DNA of 64,000 nucleotides from assembly GCF_024700885.2 (NCBI RefSeq), contig NZ_CP117014.1. One strand, written 5' to 3'. Made by a program: the position numbers and the translations under genes. Shown here piece after piece: positions 47,619-56,870 of the stretch (the first letter of the stretch is position 1; every line of letters starts with the position of its first letter). Origin of the DNA: Escherichia coli. Its GTDB lineage: Bacteria; Pseudomonadota; Gammaproteobacteria; Enterobacterales; Enterobacteriaceae. Under the pieces are notes generated by a model, which worked only from the letters and a program-made list of their open reading frames with translations, did not search any database and was not told where the DNA came from.

Positions 47619-48113
47619 TTATAACTTTTCGTACTGAAGCGGTGAACGCTTAATTTCAAAGTGGCCTTCCGATGTGCTACCAAAGCCACCAGCACCACGC
47701 TCCGTTTCGTTGAGTTCCTCAACCTCGACTAGTGAGACTTGTTCAACACGCTCAAAAATTCCTTGCATGACAGCCATTCCAGGCTTGAGACAAACGCCTT
47801 CCCCGCCGGGATCAGTAATCAGTTTTGCCATGATTTCGCCGCGATAATCGGAGTCGATAATTCCTACGCAGTTAGCCAGGCGAGTATGTTTTTTGCAGCC
47901 CAATCCTGATCGCGGATAGAGTTTCAGACACCAGCCGGGCGGGATCTCCATAGCCAGTCCGGTATACACCCACCAGCTTGAGGAAATTGCACCATTGCTA
48001 TCGACGCATGGTTTTATTTCAACAGCCTCAAAATCCATCGCCGCCGATCCGGAGGTGGCATAAGCTGGAAGTTTTGCTGCCGGATGTAGGCGTTTCACTT
48101 TTACGTAAATCAT
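47619..48113 (-). CDS. dut: dUTP diphosphatase
   Basis: Motifs AYATSGSA, PRSGLG, GIIDSDYRGE, GAGGFGSTS. Confidence 0.8.
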   Translation of the reverse strand: MIYVKVKRLHPAAKLPAYATSGSAAMDFEAVEIKPCVDSNGAISSSWWVYTGLAMEIPPGWCLKLYPRSGLGCKKHTRLANCVGIIDSDYRGEIMAKLITDPGGEGVCLKPGMAVMQGIFERVEQVSLVEVEELNETERGAGGFGSTSEGHFEIKRSPLQYEKL

Positions 48114-48592
48114 TGTTTTTTAGCTCTCTGCGTGAAGGTGTAAACCCGACGTTTGATATGTGGAACGGTAGGAACAGGAAGACAGGAACTTTCAATAACT
48201 CCTTGCTCATCCAGCGATCGCACCGCCCGCAAGAACTGCGACGTGTCGCCGCCAAACTGGCGGGCATAGGTGCTGCCGTTATGAAGTATTTGAGCTATTA
48301 CCCGAGTTTTTGTCTGGCTGTCACGATATGCGAATAGCCGCACGGCCTCTTCTGGCGCAATCGCTAACTGATAGCCTTTCCCGGCACGGTGTCGAATGAA
48401 TCCATGCGCCAGTAGGTTTTTGAGTTCGTTACGAGTGCGAACAGATCCGTAACCCAGGAAGTGTGGATTGATAACGACTGGCTTAAACCATTCCGTAGGT
48501 GCTTTAGCTAATAGAGCTAACAGCTTCCCGGATAATTCTGGATAGGAAGACGGGTAACAATTCAGAGATGGGTAATAAGTTTTCACCGACAC
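48110..48592 (-). CDS. Hypothetical protein (160 aa)
   Basis: 4-nt overlap with dut. Confidence 0.4.
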   Translation of the reverse strand: MSVKTYYPSLNCYPSSYPELSGKLLALLAKAPTEWFKPVVINPHFLGYGSVRTRNELKNLLAHGFIRHRAGKGYQLAIAPEEAVRLFAYRDSQTKTRVIAQILHNGSTYARQFGGDTSQFLRAVRSLDEQGVIESSCLPVPTVPHIKRRVYTFTQRAKKQ

Positions 48593-48927
48593 CCCCTTGC
48601 AGGATATCGACCGGCATTAGTATCCGGTGCAATAAAGCCGGTAGTGGGGCGAGTGAAAGCGAGATTAATCTTCTCGACCATAGTGCGATAATTTTCCTGA
48701 TAGTGGGCCAGGAGTTTTTCGGCGGCAATGATGGTTACTTTCCGGACGTAGCTTTCTGCTTCCTCCAGATTTCGCCAGTTTTTTTCGAGGGTAAACACAG
48801 GGACGGCCTCAAGCCCGGTCATGATGCCGAACACAACGACAGCATGACTGTTCTTAACACCAGCGGCGAAGGTTACGGTGTAACCATCCACCTTGAAGCG
48901 TCTTGATTCCGTGATTTGACTCTGCAA
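48583..48927 (-). CDS. Hypothetical protein (114 aa)
   Basis: First gene downstream of recombinase. Confidence 0.4.
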   Translation of the reverse strand: MQSQITESRRFKVDGYTVTFAAGVKNSHAVVVFGIMTGLEAVPVFTLEKNWRNLEEAESYVRKVTIIAAEKLLAHYQENYRTMVEKINLAFTRPTTGFIAPDTNAGRYPARGCR

Positions 48928-49000
48928 AGCACCCTCCTAAATAGGCGAGGGTACTTTACAGCAAAGGCGTTAATCTAAAAAGATGTGTTAGAAATTTAAT

Positions 49001-50029
49001 TTACGAATCCATCAGGCGGCTATTAGCCCCCACAGACACGCCGCCACGGCGAAGATACCGCATAAGTGTTTCCGGTTTCTTCCAGGTTCCTTCCTGCATG
49101 ATCTCCACCATAGACACCTGCTTTTCAGCCATATCAATAGCGGCCCCGACGCGTGCACTATGCCCGGTCCACGTCCGGTATCTTCCTTTGTTTGGCGTAG
49201 CATCTCTTTTATTCAGCAACACCCAGGCGTCGCTGAATATTTTCTCCATTGCAGGTGCAGTAAGGGGCGTTGTCGTGATCCTGGCCTTATTGCTACGGTG
49301 TATCGGCGGGAACAGCACTGCGTCAGGATGTTCGCGAAGCCCGGAAACATCCAGCCAGTCATTCAGCACAGCGGTAGTGCGACGGGAAAGCACCTTATCA
49401 AGCCCGGCGGCGGTCGTTATTGTCTTCGTGTGTGAAATATGTAGCGTGACAGTGTCACCTGTTTGATCCAGATCTCCTACACGAATACGCGAGATTTCCG
49501 ACATACGCATCAGCGTATTGTATGCAACAAAGAGAAAAGCCCGGTTGCGCAGGTCCACCAGCCGTTCTGACCTGGACAACAGGACGTCGAGCAGTTTCAG
49601 ATCGTCCCACCGAAGCGGTATAGCCTGGCCTGTTCGTTCGCCTTTTTCAGTTGCCGCTTCGCGCCGGATGCGCCGCATAGCCAGAGAAACACTTTTATCA
49701 TCCGAAAGTGGCGGAAGGCCACAATGCGAAAGCAGCATATTCAGCATGGCGTAGTGCTTATCAATGGTGGTCGAAGCCAGATCGGCATCATGCAGCTGAA
49801 GAAAATACTCGCGGGCCATTTCTGGTGAGATCGGAAACCAGGCAAGCTGGCGAGCGTGACACCAGCGCGCCCATGAATGAAACACCAACCGGAGGTCGCG
49901 CAGAGTATTCGGCGCATAAGCCCCCTGGTCATTCATGAACCGCATAAAGTTTTCTGCAGCCTCCTGGTACTCTTTGCCAATGTTGCGCAGAAAACCACCG
50001 GAGCTGCCAGAGATAATTAATTCACTCAT
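49001..50029 (-). CDS. Cre-like tyrosine site-specific recombinase
   Basis: 342 aa collinear with P1 Cre (…WTGHSARVGAA.DMA……IMQ.G.W……Y.R), conserved R/H-x-x-R/W/Y; lox-like site ~150 bp upstream. Confidence 0.8.
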   Translation of the reverse strand: MSELIISGSSGGFLRNIGKEYQEAAENFMRFMNDQGAYAPNTLRDLRLVFHSWARWCHARQLAWFPISPEMAREYFLQLHDADLASTTIDKHYAMLNMLLSHCGLPPLSDDKSVSLAMRRIRREAATEKGERTGQAIPLRWDDLKLLDVLLSRSERLVDLRNRAFLFVAYNTLMRMSEISRIRVGDLDQTGDTVTLHISHTKTITTAAGLDKVLSRRTTAVLNDWLDVSGLREHPDAVLFPPIHRSNKARITTTPLTAPAMEKIFSDAWVLLNKRDATPNKGRYRTWTGHSARVGAAIDMAEKQVSMVEIMQEGTWKKPETLMRYLRRGGVSVGANSRLMDS

Positions 50030-50180
50030 GAAACTATTTAACCTCTATATACAGATAACGCTACGCGAAAAATATAAAAATGACAGGGTAGCTATAAGTT
50101 AATTTTCAAGATTCAAGCCTTTGATTCGAGGCGCGTATTTTCAGTGATGTCAATACTGATCATCTACCCATAATTATAGC

Positions 50181-50214
50181 CTAACTTTAAATAATGCCAA
50201 TTATTTAAAGTTAT
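50181..50214. other. lox-like recombination site: 13-bp inverted arms with 8-bp asymmetric spacer
   Basis: CTAACTTTAAATA-ATGCCAAT-TATTTAAAGTTAT; outer AACTT/AAGTTAT shared with loxP. Confidence 0.6.
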
Positions 50215-50395
50215 AAAATGCCGATTTTTTTTAATCCATCATAGATTGATGATGACCAGTAACACGTTGCCTTCATGGTCTTTAATTTGCGAAGTGTGGT
50301 TTCTACGGTTGGTTTTCTAAAATTGATGACAAAAAATCACAGTTCGATCCTTTACTCACTCTGTTATTCGACATAAATTTGTCATAGTAATTTTA

Positions 50396-50411
50396 TGTTA
50401 GAAAACTAAAT
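50396..50411 (+). promoter_or_regulatory. Dispersed motif copy TGTTAGAAAACTAAAT in promoter of gene at 50424
   Basis: Read directly, ~13 bp upstream of ATG. Confidence 0.45.
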
Positions 50412-50423
50412 CGAGTAGGAATA

Positions 50424-51461
50424 ATGAGTAAGAAGTCGATCGAGAAAGAGTACAAACGGTTCCTGCAAACCGCTGAACGGTGGAAAGAGCTGGTGGTCGC
50501 AAACTCTGTTTTCCATGATACCAGTTATGCTGGCGAGGAATTCCGCCATGTTGCATTAACGCATGACCAAAACATATTAGAAGAAGCTGAAAAATGTCTT
50601 GCTGAATGGAAAGCCTTCGTTGACATGTGCCGCGATGCCGACGGCAAAGCGTCGAACATTGTTGAGTCTGTATATTCTCCGATCCCATTCATCATTGAGG
50701 ACACCAATCAAAGCACGCATGTCGTTGTGCAAAGCGCTACAACAACACGTACATTTACACGTGAACAATTGCTAAAAAAATACGACAAAATCATAAAGAA
50801 AAGCCTTAAAAATAGGGTTTTTTCTCAAATCGTAGGTGATCTTGAAGAAGAACAGCGCTTCTTTGAAGCTGAGCCTGAAGGCGAGATCTACCGGGCGCGT
50901 AAAGAGGCATATACAGATGTTGTGCTGACAACAAACATCGAAGGCAGCAATGCCCTTTCTCGCTTTAGAGTTGGCGCACATGGTGCATTGGTTTTCGCAA
51001 GACTACCGAAGACAACGATCCCCGTTGTCAATAATGTTGGTGAACGCCGGAGCATTACAATTTATTCTGGCGTCGAATCGGTACCTTGCAGCCTTCTCGG
51101 CGATTTTAACTTATATCGTGTTCGTGACCTGGAAAAACACCAGCCAAGCTATGTTGCGAAGTCGTACATCTTAAGGAACATCGATATTCGCAATGAAAGC
51201 CTTAAGCAGAAATCCGCTAAGATGCTGGAGGATGCCGATCCGGCTATTCGCCATATCATTGAGCGTAAGATACGTACATCACGTGAAGCAATGGCAAGGC
51301 TGGATAAAATGGATCTGGAATTGTTAGACGTAATGATGGCCTCTGGAGACGACCTGACCGGCATTAAACTGAATGAAGCTCGTAAAAAATACGGCAAAGC
51401 AATCGAAGAACGTTACGGATACACATTCCCCCAAACGCAGTACGCCGCGAAGCTCTGGTAA
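50424..51461 (+). CDS. Hypothetical protein in the c1-equivalent position (345 aa); candidate regulator
   Basis: Convergent with pacB and adjacent to lox-like site, as for c1 in P1; motif copy in own promoter; no recognisable P1 C1 similarity. Confidence 0.4.
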   Translation: MSKKSIEKEYKRFLQTAERWKELVVANSVFHDTSYAGEEFRHVALTHDQNILEEAEKCLAEWKAFVDMCRDADGKASNIVESVYSPIPFIIEDTNQSTHVVVQSATTTRTFTREQLLKKYDKIIKKSLKNRVFSQIVGDLEEEQRFFEAEPEGEIYRARKEAYTDVVLTTNIEGSNALSRFRVGAHGALVFARLPKTTIPVVNNVGERRSITIYSGVESVPCSLLGDFNLYRVRDLEKHQPSYVAKSYILRNIDIRNESLKQKSAKMLEDADPAIRHIIERKIRTSREAMARLDKMDLELLDVMMASGDDLTGIKLNEARKKYGKAIEERYGYTFPQTQYAAKLW

Positions 51462-51468
51462 TCACAAC

Positions 51469-51490
51469 CGGCCCCGCATCGCGGGGCTTT
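51469..51490. terminator. Bidirectional hairpin terminator between convergent genes
   Basis: GCCCCGC-atc-GCGGGGC followed by TTTATATAT. Confidence 0.55.
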
Positions 51491-52997
51491 ATATATCCAG
51501 ATCCGGCATTTCGATATCCGCCAGAACCTGATCTCGGAAAGTTGCCATTTCGGCACCAATATCTTCATTAGCAGGCACATAGTCCACCAGCATAGTGAAG
51601 CAGTAGGTATCCCATCGGTCAGGCGATTTGATGTTTAGCTTTTGCCGCATGTGCTCTTTGCGCATCATCGCCATTTTCCCTTCTTCATTCAGTAAAAAGG
51701 GGATTTTTGACGCTTGCTCTGCCGTTTTAGGGTCACTGTCTATCCGCATACGCCCTGACTTTATGGCATCACGCGCCATAATGTTTGCGTAGGCACGCTG
51801 ATTAACAAATCGCTCCCTGTCTTTGTTCGCAAACATGGGTTTTCCCCACCGAATACGTACCGGGTTCGCACCACGACGCACCAACTGCGCACACGTATCA
51901 GAACCAAAACCATCAGCATCAACCGCGATTGTTATATTCGGGTATTTTTCCGGCGTACATTCGTTATATATGAAGTCAGCAAAGGCCAATGGGTCCATAG
52001 TGCCAGGCATCTCCATTACCTTAAAGTTAACAACGCGCCGCTTATCCCTGTGACCTGATACCTTGCAGATGTTGAGGACCGACTTATCTCGCCCATTACC
52101 AACGTCAGCCGTTGCCACCCATCCCCAGTTTTTCTCCAACAACACCTTGCGGCGAGCAGAGCGATCGCATTCATCACGACCAAGCAAATAGCCGTTAATT
52201 TCTCGTGGGAACTGACCAAGCACCTTGACCATGTACTCAATAGAATCGCGCCCACCATATTCCAGAAGCTTCTCCTTGATGAATTGTGGTGTGACGAACG
52301 GTGATTCTTCCGAGTTAAGAACAATTGCTGTCCAGATCCCTTTCGGGTTGTCTGGGGTTTTTGCTCGAGAATGGTGCGAATCGTAGAAATAACCACTTGG
52401 CCTTGTTGGCTGGGATAGCATCAACATCCGGTTATCTTCTTCAGTAAGAGCACCGGTCATTACGCCGATCGCCTTATCAGATATACCAGATGCTTCATCC
52501 AGAATTAGAAGCAAATGTGCCGCGTGTTCCCCCGCCAGCGCTTCTTCGTTGCCGAGTCGATAACCTTTGCAGAGAACTTCCCAAATCCCCTTACGGGAGC
52601 GCTCATAAAACATGGTGTCAGAGAGGACAAAATAGGTCTGCAACCACCCATGACGCTTAACTGCATTCGCCCAATACTGTTTAACGTATTTGAATACGCC
52701 TGTTTTTACCTGGCCTATCTTGTTAGCAACAATGATGACACGGGCATCGGGGAACAGGATCATAAAAATCAACAGCAACATCGCGGTAAGGGACGACTTC
52801 CCCGTTCCGTGTCCGGACGTGACGGTCGTCCTACTCCCCGTTTCCTGCACTGACTGAATGATCTGCTGCTGCTGGTGGGAGGGGAACATCCCAAAAATAT
52901 CGACTACAGCCTGGGTAAAGTTGTAGCGGTATTTGATTACCATATCGCGCCAGCGTGGATCGCTGGTGACGCATTTAATCTTGCGCCCGCCAGCCAT
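51489..52997 (-). CDS. pacB: Terminase large subunit (PacB-like)
   Basis: Walker A GHGTGKSS, Walker B LLLILDEASG; 502 aa; start overlaps pacA stop. Confidence 0.8.
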   Translation of the reverse strand: MAGGRKIKCVTSDPRWRDMVIKYRYNFTQAVVDIFGMFPSHQQQQIIQSVQETGSRTTVTSGHGTGKSSLTAMLLLIFMILFPDARVIIVANKIGQVKTGVFKYVKQYWANAVKRHGWLQTYFVLSDTMFYERSRKGIWEVLCKGYRLGNEEALAGEHAAHLLLILDEASGISDKAIGVMTGALTEEDNRMLMLSQPTRPSGYFYDSHHSRAKTPDNPKGIWTAIVLNSEESPFVTPQFIKEKLLEYGGRDSIEYMVKVLGQFPREINGYLLGRDECDRSARRKVLLEKNWGWVATADVGNGRDKSVLNICKVSGHRDKRRVVNFKVMEMPGTMDPLAFADFIYNECTPEKYPNITIAVDADGFGSDTCAQLVRRGANPVRIRWGKPMFANKDRERFVNQRAYANIMARDAIKSGRMRIDSDPKTAEQASKIPFLLNEEGKMAMMRKEHMRQKLNIKSPDRWDTYCFTMLVDYVPANEDIGAEMATFRDQVLADIEMPDLDI

Positions 52998-54361
52998 TAA
53001 TCATCCTCCGGCGGTTCTATCGCGATATCATCATCTCCGGCGTCATACCCTGCATCAGATGCATCATAATCACCGTAAATTTCAGCCGTTGCCGAAGGGT
53101 CAATATCCAGCTCTTCGTCGTTGGCCTCGAATTCTCCAGCTTTACGCTCGCCATTGCGGTCGTAATCTCCGCACCCCAATTCTTCAACAATGGTTGCCAC
53201 ATCCGCCCGGCGCTCTGCCAGCCATTGCGGATGGTTAGCCTGAAGCGTTGCAAACTCCCTTGCCTCTTTGTCCAGCTGTTCATCATCAACATCATTGACG
53301 TCAGAAACAGGTGGTTCGAGAAGAGTGATAGCTTTCGCCGCGCGCGCCGCGAGGATAGCCGGGACGCTGACACCCTGGCGCTCGATGTATTCAGCAACAC
53401 CGATATCATCCAGTTCCTCGCGCTCACGCATACGTATAGCGGCGGCGATAACTCTGGCTGCGCGTGCGTCAGCGCCAATGCGATATTCAATCTCTTTGCC
53501 ACGCTGTTCGGCCTGTAGGCGTGCTAATTCGAGTTTTTCTCTGGCCTCAGCCTCTTTGAATGCTTGCTGGCGAGCGCTCTGACGAAGCTTTTCATCCCCC
53601 TGTCGCAGCTTTTGTTCGGACTGATATATAGCTGCCAACCTACTGATAAAATCATTCATGTAGTAGGCCGCGTCACTGATTAGACCGAGAAGGCGCTGCC
53701 CAGGGTGCATTCCTTCTGGCTCTTTATCGCCCAAGGCGTCTATTTCCGCCTGTAGACGTTCGGCCTCCTGATCAACAATGCTTTGATACTGAAGTGCGCG
53801 CTCTTGCGCCATTTGAATTGCTAACCGCAGGTGTTCTTCTGCGCCGTTCTTCATCATATCGCGAGCCACATTCGTAGTTGGCAATGTGGCACGCTGCACA
53901 GCACCGTCAGGGATCATTGCAGAAGATCCCTCAATTTTTGGGGCGTTTTTATCTTCTTCGGGGATCATTTTCGCCATTTTTTCGCGCAATGATCTCCTGA
54001 CAGATTCTTTTATCTCATTGTTATTATTTGAATTATTTTCATGATCCGAAGTTTTCTTTCTCGGCATACTTCGGAAAGAACCTGCGCCCTGCGAATTGTC
54101 AATTTCTGTAAATTTTGTTTTTTCTGCACCCTCTTCCAGCTTTTTTGTTGCTCTTCCCGCCCGTTTTTTTTCAGGTGATTTGGTGCTTTTTTTTGTTGTC
54201 TTTACCTGCGACCGCACCTCATTTTTTTTCATATTGAGATGCTTTCTGGCTGTATTGAAGCTAAGGCCATGCTCCTCACAGTATTCCTTTACAGTGATCC
54301 CTTTTTCTTCACGCAACGCTATAAAGCGGGCGCGGTGCTCCTCCCAATTAACCAGACTCAT
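52997..54361 (-). CDS. pacA: Terminase small subunit (PacA-like) with N-terminal HTH
   Basis: N-terminal ...KEYCEEHGLSFNTARKHL HTH; acidic C-terminus; internal GATC cluster. Confidence 0.7.
   Translation of the reverse strand: MSLVNWEEHRARFIALREEKGITVKEYCEEHGLSFNTARKHLNMKKNEVRSQVKTTKKSTKSPEKKRAGRATKKLEEGAEKTKFTEIDNSQGAGSFRSMPRKKTSDHENNSNNNNEIKESVRRSLREKMAKMIPEEDKNAPKIEGSSAMIPDGAVQRATLPTTNVARDMMKNGAEEHLRLAIQMAQERALQYQSIVDQEAERLQAEIDALGDKEPEGMHPGQRLLGLISDAAYYMNDFISRLAAIYQSEQKLRQGDEKLRQSARQQAFKEAEAREKLELARLQAEQRGKEIEYRIGADARAARVIAAAIRMREREELDDIGVAEYIERQGVSVPAILAARAAKAITLLEPPVSDVNDVDDEQLDKEAREFATLQANHPQWLAERRADVATIVEELGCGDYDRNGERKAGEFEANDEELDIDPSATAEIYGDYDASDAGYDAGDDDIAIEPPEDD
53912..54046. other. 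Candidate pac site: cluster of five GATC (Dam) sites within pacA
   Basis: GATC at 53912, 53925, 53963, 53991, 54043 (~0.5 expected by chance); GGGATCATT duplicated. Confidence 0.4.
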
Positions 54362-54750
54362 AAAGCAACACCACGCTTTTTAACGGCGGCATTCCACAGC
54401 TTATTCGCCATGTCCACCAGCTCTCGTTGCTCTTTTCGCGCCTGTTCGACTGATTTCCTGCTACAGTTTTTAACCAGTAAACTGCCATATTCAGGGGTTC
54501 GCCCACGCACCTTGAACTGATATCCGTTCAGGCCATGCAACCAGTATTTTCGTGGGTAAACACGATCATCAAGCTCACAGATTGCCCTGCTTGAACGAAC
54601 AAAATGACGAATGATGTTAGTTACACTTACTCGTGAAACATGGAGATGAGGGTATTTTTCTTTGGCGAGAGTGGTAATTTCAGTGACTGTCAGATAGCAG
54701 TCAGCCCTGATCATGATATCCGCAATTTCTGCGCTGCTGATTTGTTCCAT
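54358..54750 (-). CDS. Small protein immediately upstream of pacA (Lpa-position gene; putative late activator)
   Basis: 130 aa, 4-nt overlap with pacA start; assignment by synteny with P1 lpa only. Confidence 0.4.
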   Translation of the reverse strand: MEQISSAEIADIMIRADCYLTVTEITTLAKEKYPHLHVSRVSVTNIIRHFVRSSRAICELDDRVYPRKYWLHGLNGYQFKVRGRTPEYGSLLVKNCSRKSVEQARKEQRELVDMANKLWNAAVKKRGVAL

Positions 54751-54858
54751 TAATCCCCCGGGCAGGAAATGACCGAGGGGATGATAATGAGAATGTTAAA
54801 ACTGTATAGACTGGTAAAAAGATGAATGTATTAGAAAATTAATACTAAATATCTAATG

Positions 54859-55251
54859 CTACCAGCTAGACAAACGAACAACATGTTTCACTTTTGCGAT
54901 CCACTGTCCGCGATAACTATTGATTACGGCCTGTGCCAGCTTCAAATTGGCTTCAAAATCAGCCTTACTACCATCAGACTCCACCAGCATTCCTCCATCT
55001 ATTTCTGGTAAACATAGATAATCCTGCTCAACCTGCAGCGGCATTGATGGCTCTCTGAATGGGGTTACTTGCTCTGCTTTCCAGCGAAATCTAACCCTTA
55101 TCCCCCTGGTGGTCATTACTAGATAGCCTGTTATAGTGCTTTTATGGCCCACATCAGTACGCGTGGCATTGCATGACTCGATCTTACAGTTAGCGATAGA
55201 CCACTCCATATTGGTGGCCTGTTGAGTGCTTAATTTGGTAGTCCCGTACAT
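54859..55251 (-). CDS. Hypothetical protein (130 aa)
   Basis: ORF, stop/start coupled to upstream gene. Confidence 0.4.
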   Translation of the reverse strand: MYGTTKLSTQQATNMEWSIANCKIESCNATRTDVGHKSTITGYLVMTTRGIRVRFRWKAEQVTPFREPSMPLQVEQDYLCLPEIDGGMLVESDGSKADFEANLKLAQAVINSYRGQWIAKVKHVVRLSSW

Positions 55252-55826
55252 CAGAAAGCCTCCCAGTCAGTCGCGATAATATCCACACCAGTTGCAAACC
55301 AGTCTGTCTGCGCCTGTAAATCCCCATTCATCATTACCAGGCGAGGCATCACCATCACATCGCACCCTTCCACAATATCGAATGCCTCTTCCGGCAAGAA
55401 TTCGAAGAGCTTTTCTTTGCTGCCAATACTGCCACGGAACATCGATATATAGCTCCCTTTGGGCCATGATGTCCGCCGGGCATCAAGCCCTTTCATCATC
55501 CAGTAAAAAGCCGAGGAAAAAGGGATATTCTTTTTGCCAATGATTACATTATTCGCTTCTGTGTATTTCAGGAACTTAACTAACCTTACCATTGACTCGG
55601 ATAACGCAACGTATGGCTCATGATTGATTGCTGACACGCTTACACCGTGCAATCCAACGCTTACCACTGTCATATCGCCGCTCTGTGCGGTTTCGATATT
55701 GACGCCTTTGCGAACTAATGAGGCGTAAATTTCCTCTCGCTTTTGGGTCCAGCGTTCACGCTTCCCTATGAAGTCACTCAAAATGAGATCTTCTTCTGTA
55801 TATGCGTTATCGTTCGCCATTAACAT
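55251..55826 (-). CDS. Hypothetical protein with DUF2829-like C-terminal region (191 aa)
   Basis: ...FYWMMKGLDARRTSWPKGSYI...VDIIATDWEAF resembles the G-K-x-x-R-x-x-W and D-l-l-A-x-D-W pattern of 47164 protein. Confidence 0.35.
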   Translation of the reverse strand: MLMANDNAYTEEDLILSDFIGKRERWTQKREEIYASLVRKGVNIETAQSGDMTVVSVGLHGVSVSAINHEPYVALSESMVRLVKFLKYTEANNVIIGKKNIPFSSAFYWMMKGLDARRTSWPKGSYISMFRGSIGSKEKLFEFLPEEAFDIVEGCDVMVMPRLVMMNGDLQAQTDWFATGVDIIATDWEAF

Positions 55827-56278
55827 AACGTTTCCTTTTTTACACGCGCGACTATCCCCCGGAAGTACCGGTAGTGATGTCGTAACTTCGTATTAATTAA
55901 GGGGTACAGCCTGAGCGGCTATATGATGAATTGAAAGGAGTTGTGGCGGTGGTGCCTCCACCTGCCAGGTTAGCCACTCCTGGCGACGTCACTTATCAGA
56001 ACGTAGTGAATGAAAATGGCTTCGTCACGAGCGCATAGCCGCAATTACCACAACGGAAACGGCGCTCACGCTAATTAAACGCCTTTTCCTGTTGTGCGCC
56101 GTGCTCTTCCGGCTGTCACACCGAATCGCCAGGATGGTGAATCCGCAGTCCGACGCTATGAACGGGGCTTGCACATTCCGGCTACCTGGTGTGCCCATGC
56201 AGTGTTAGTAAAAGGTACCTAACAGCTACACCAGACCGCTAACGACGCATGTGCCATACGCCGTGTTACAACCAAATG

Positions 56279-56354
56279 TGGTGGCCCCTACCGGACTTGA
56301 ACCGGTGACCGTGCGATTATGAGTCGCCCGCTCTAACCACTGAGCTAAAGGGCC
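56279..56354 (-). tRNA. tRNA with CAU anticodon (Ile2/Met-type)
   Basis: Reverse complement gives 76-nt cloverleaf ending CCA, anticodon loop CTCATAA; very similar to E. coli ileX from memory. Confidence 0.8.
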
Positions 56355-56783
56355 AGATTACTGTTAATTACGCTTACGCTTTTTGCCAGAACCGCGTAAG
56401 GCTTTTGCCGCTTGCTCTACCCCGTATGCAACCACCAGCAGAAACAATAATGTCCACTCCGGGTTTTTATCGGCAAACGCCCAAAAATCCATCACTTGCA
56501 GCCACCTTTTAAGACAAAACGCCATTGCTGTTAGGTTGCGGTGCCGGGCGCCTCCCGGTGACGTTAACCAGTTAACAATTAACGCCGGATCACTTATGGA
56601 TTCTCGTTACGCCAGTAAAAAGACCACCTTTACTGTTTTAACTGTTCCGCGTGCGCTTAGCCGCATTCACCGCAATGGTAAGAGCATTTGGCTGACTGGG
56701 CGGCGATGACGCCTGTACGCATTTGGTGATCCGGTTCTGCTTCCGGCATTCGCTTAATTAGCCAAATACCCTTAATGTTGCAC

Positions 56784-56870
56784 TGGCGGAGAGTAATGGA
56801 ATCGAACCATCATCGCTTGCGCAATGGGACGGTTTTCAAGACCGCTTGAGCACCATGCTCCCTACTCTCC
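56784..56870 (-). tRNA. tRNA-Ser (UGA), type II with long variable arm
   Basis: 87 nt, acceptor GGAGAGT/ACTCTCC, anticodon stem GCGGT/ACCGT, loop CTTGAAA, T-loop TTCGATT, 3' GCCA. Confidence 0.7.

Noticed and set aside
55883-55893. TAACTTCGTAT, an 11/13 match to a loxP arm
   Set aside because: No inverted partner arm nearby, so not called a lox site.
56365-56496. Possible 43-aa minus-strand ORF between tRNA-Ile and tRNA-Ser
   Set aside because: No convincing RBS; could be spacer within the tRNA transcript.
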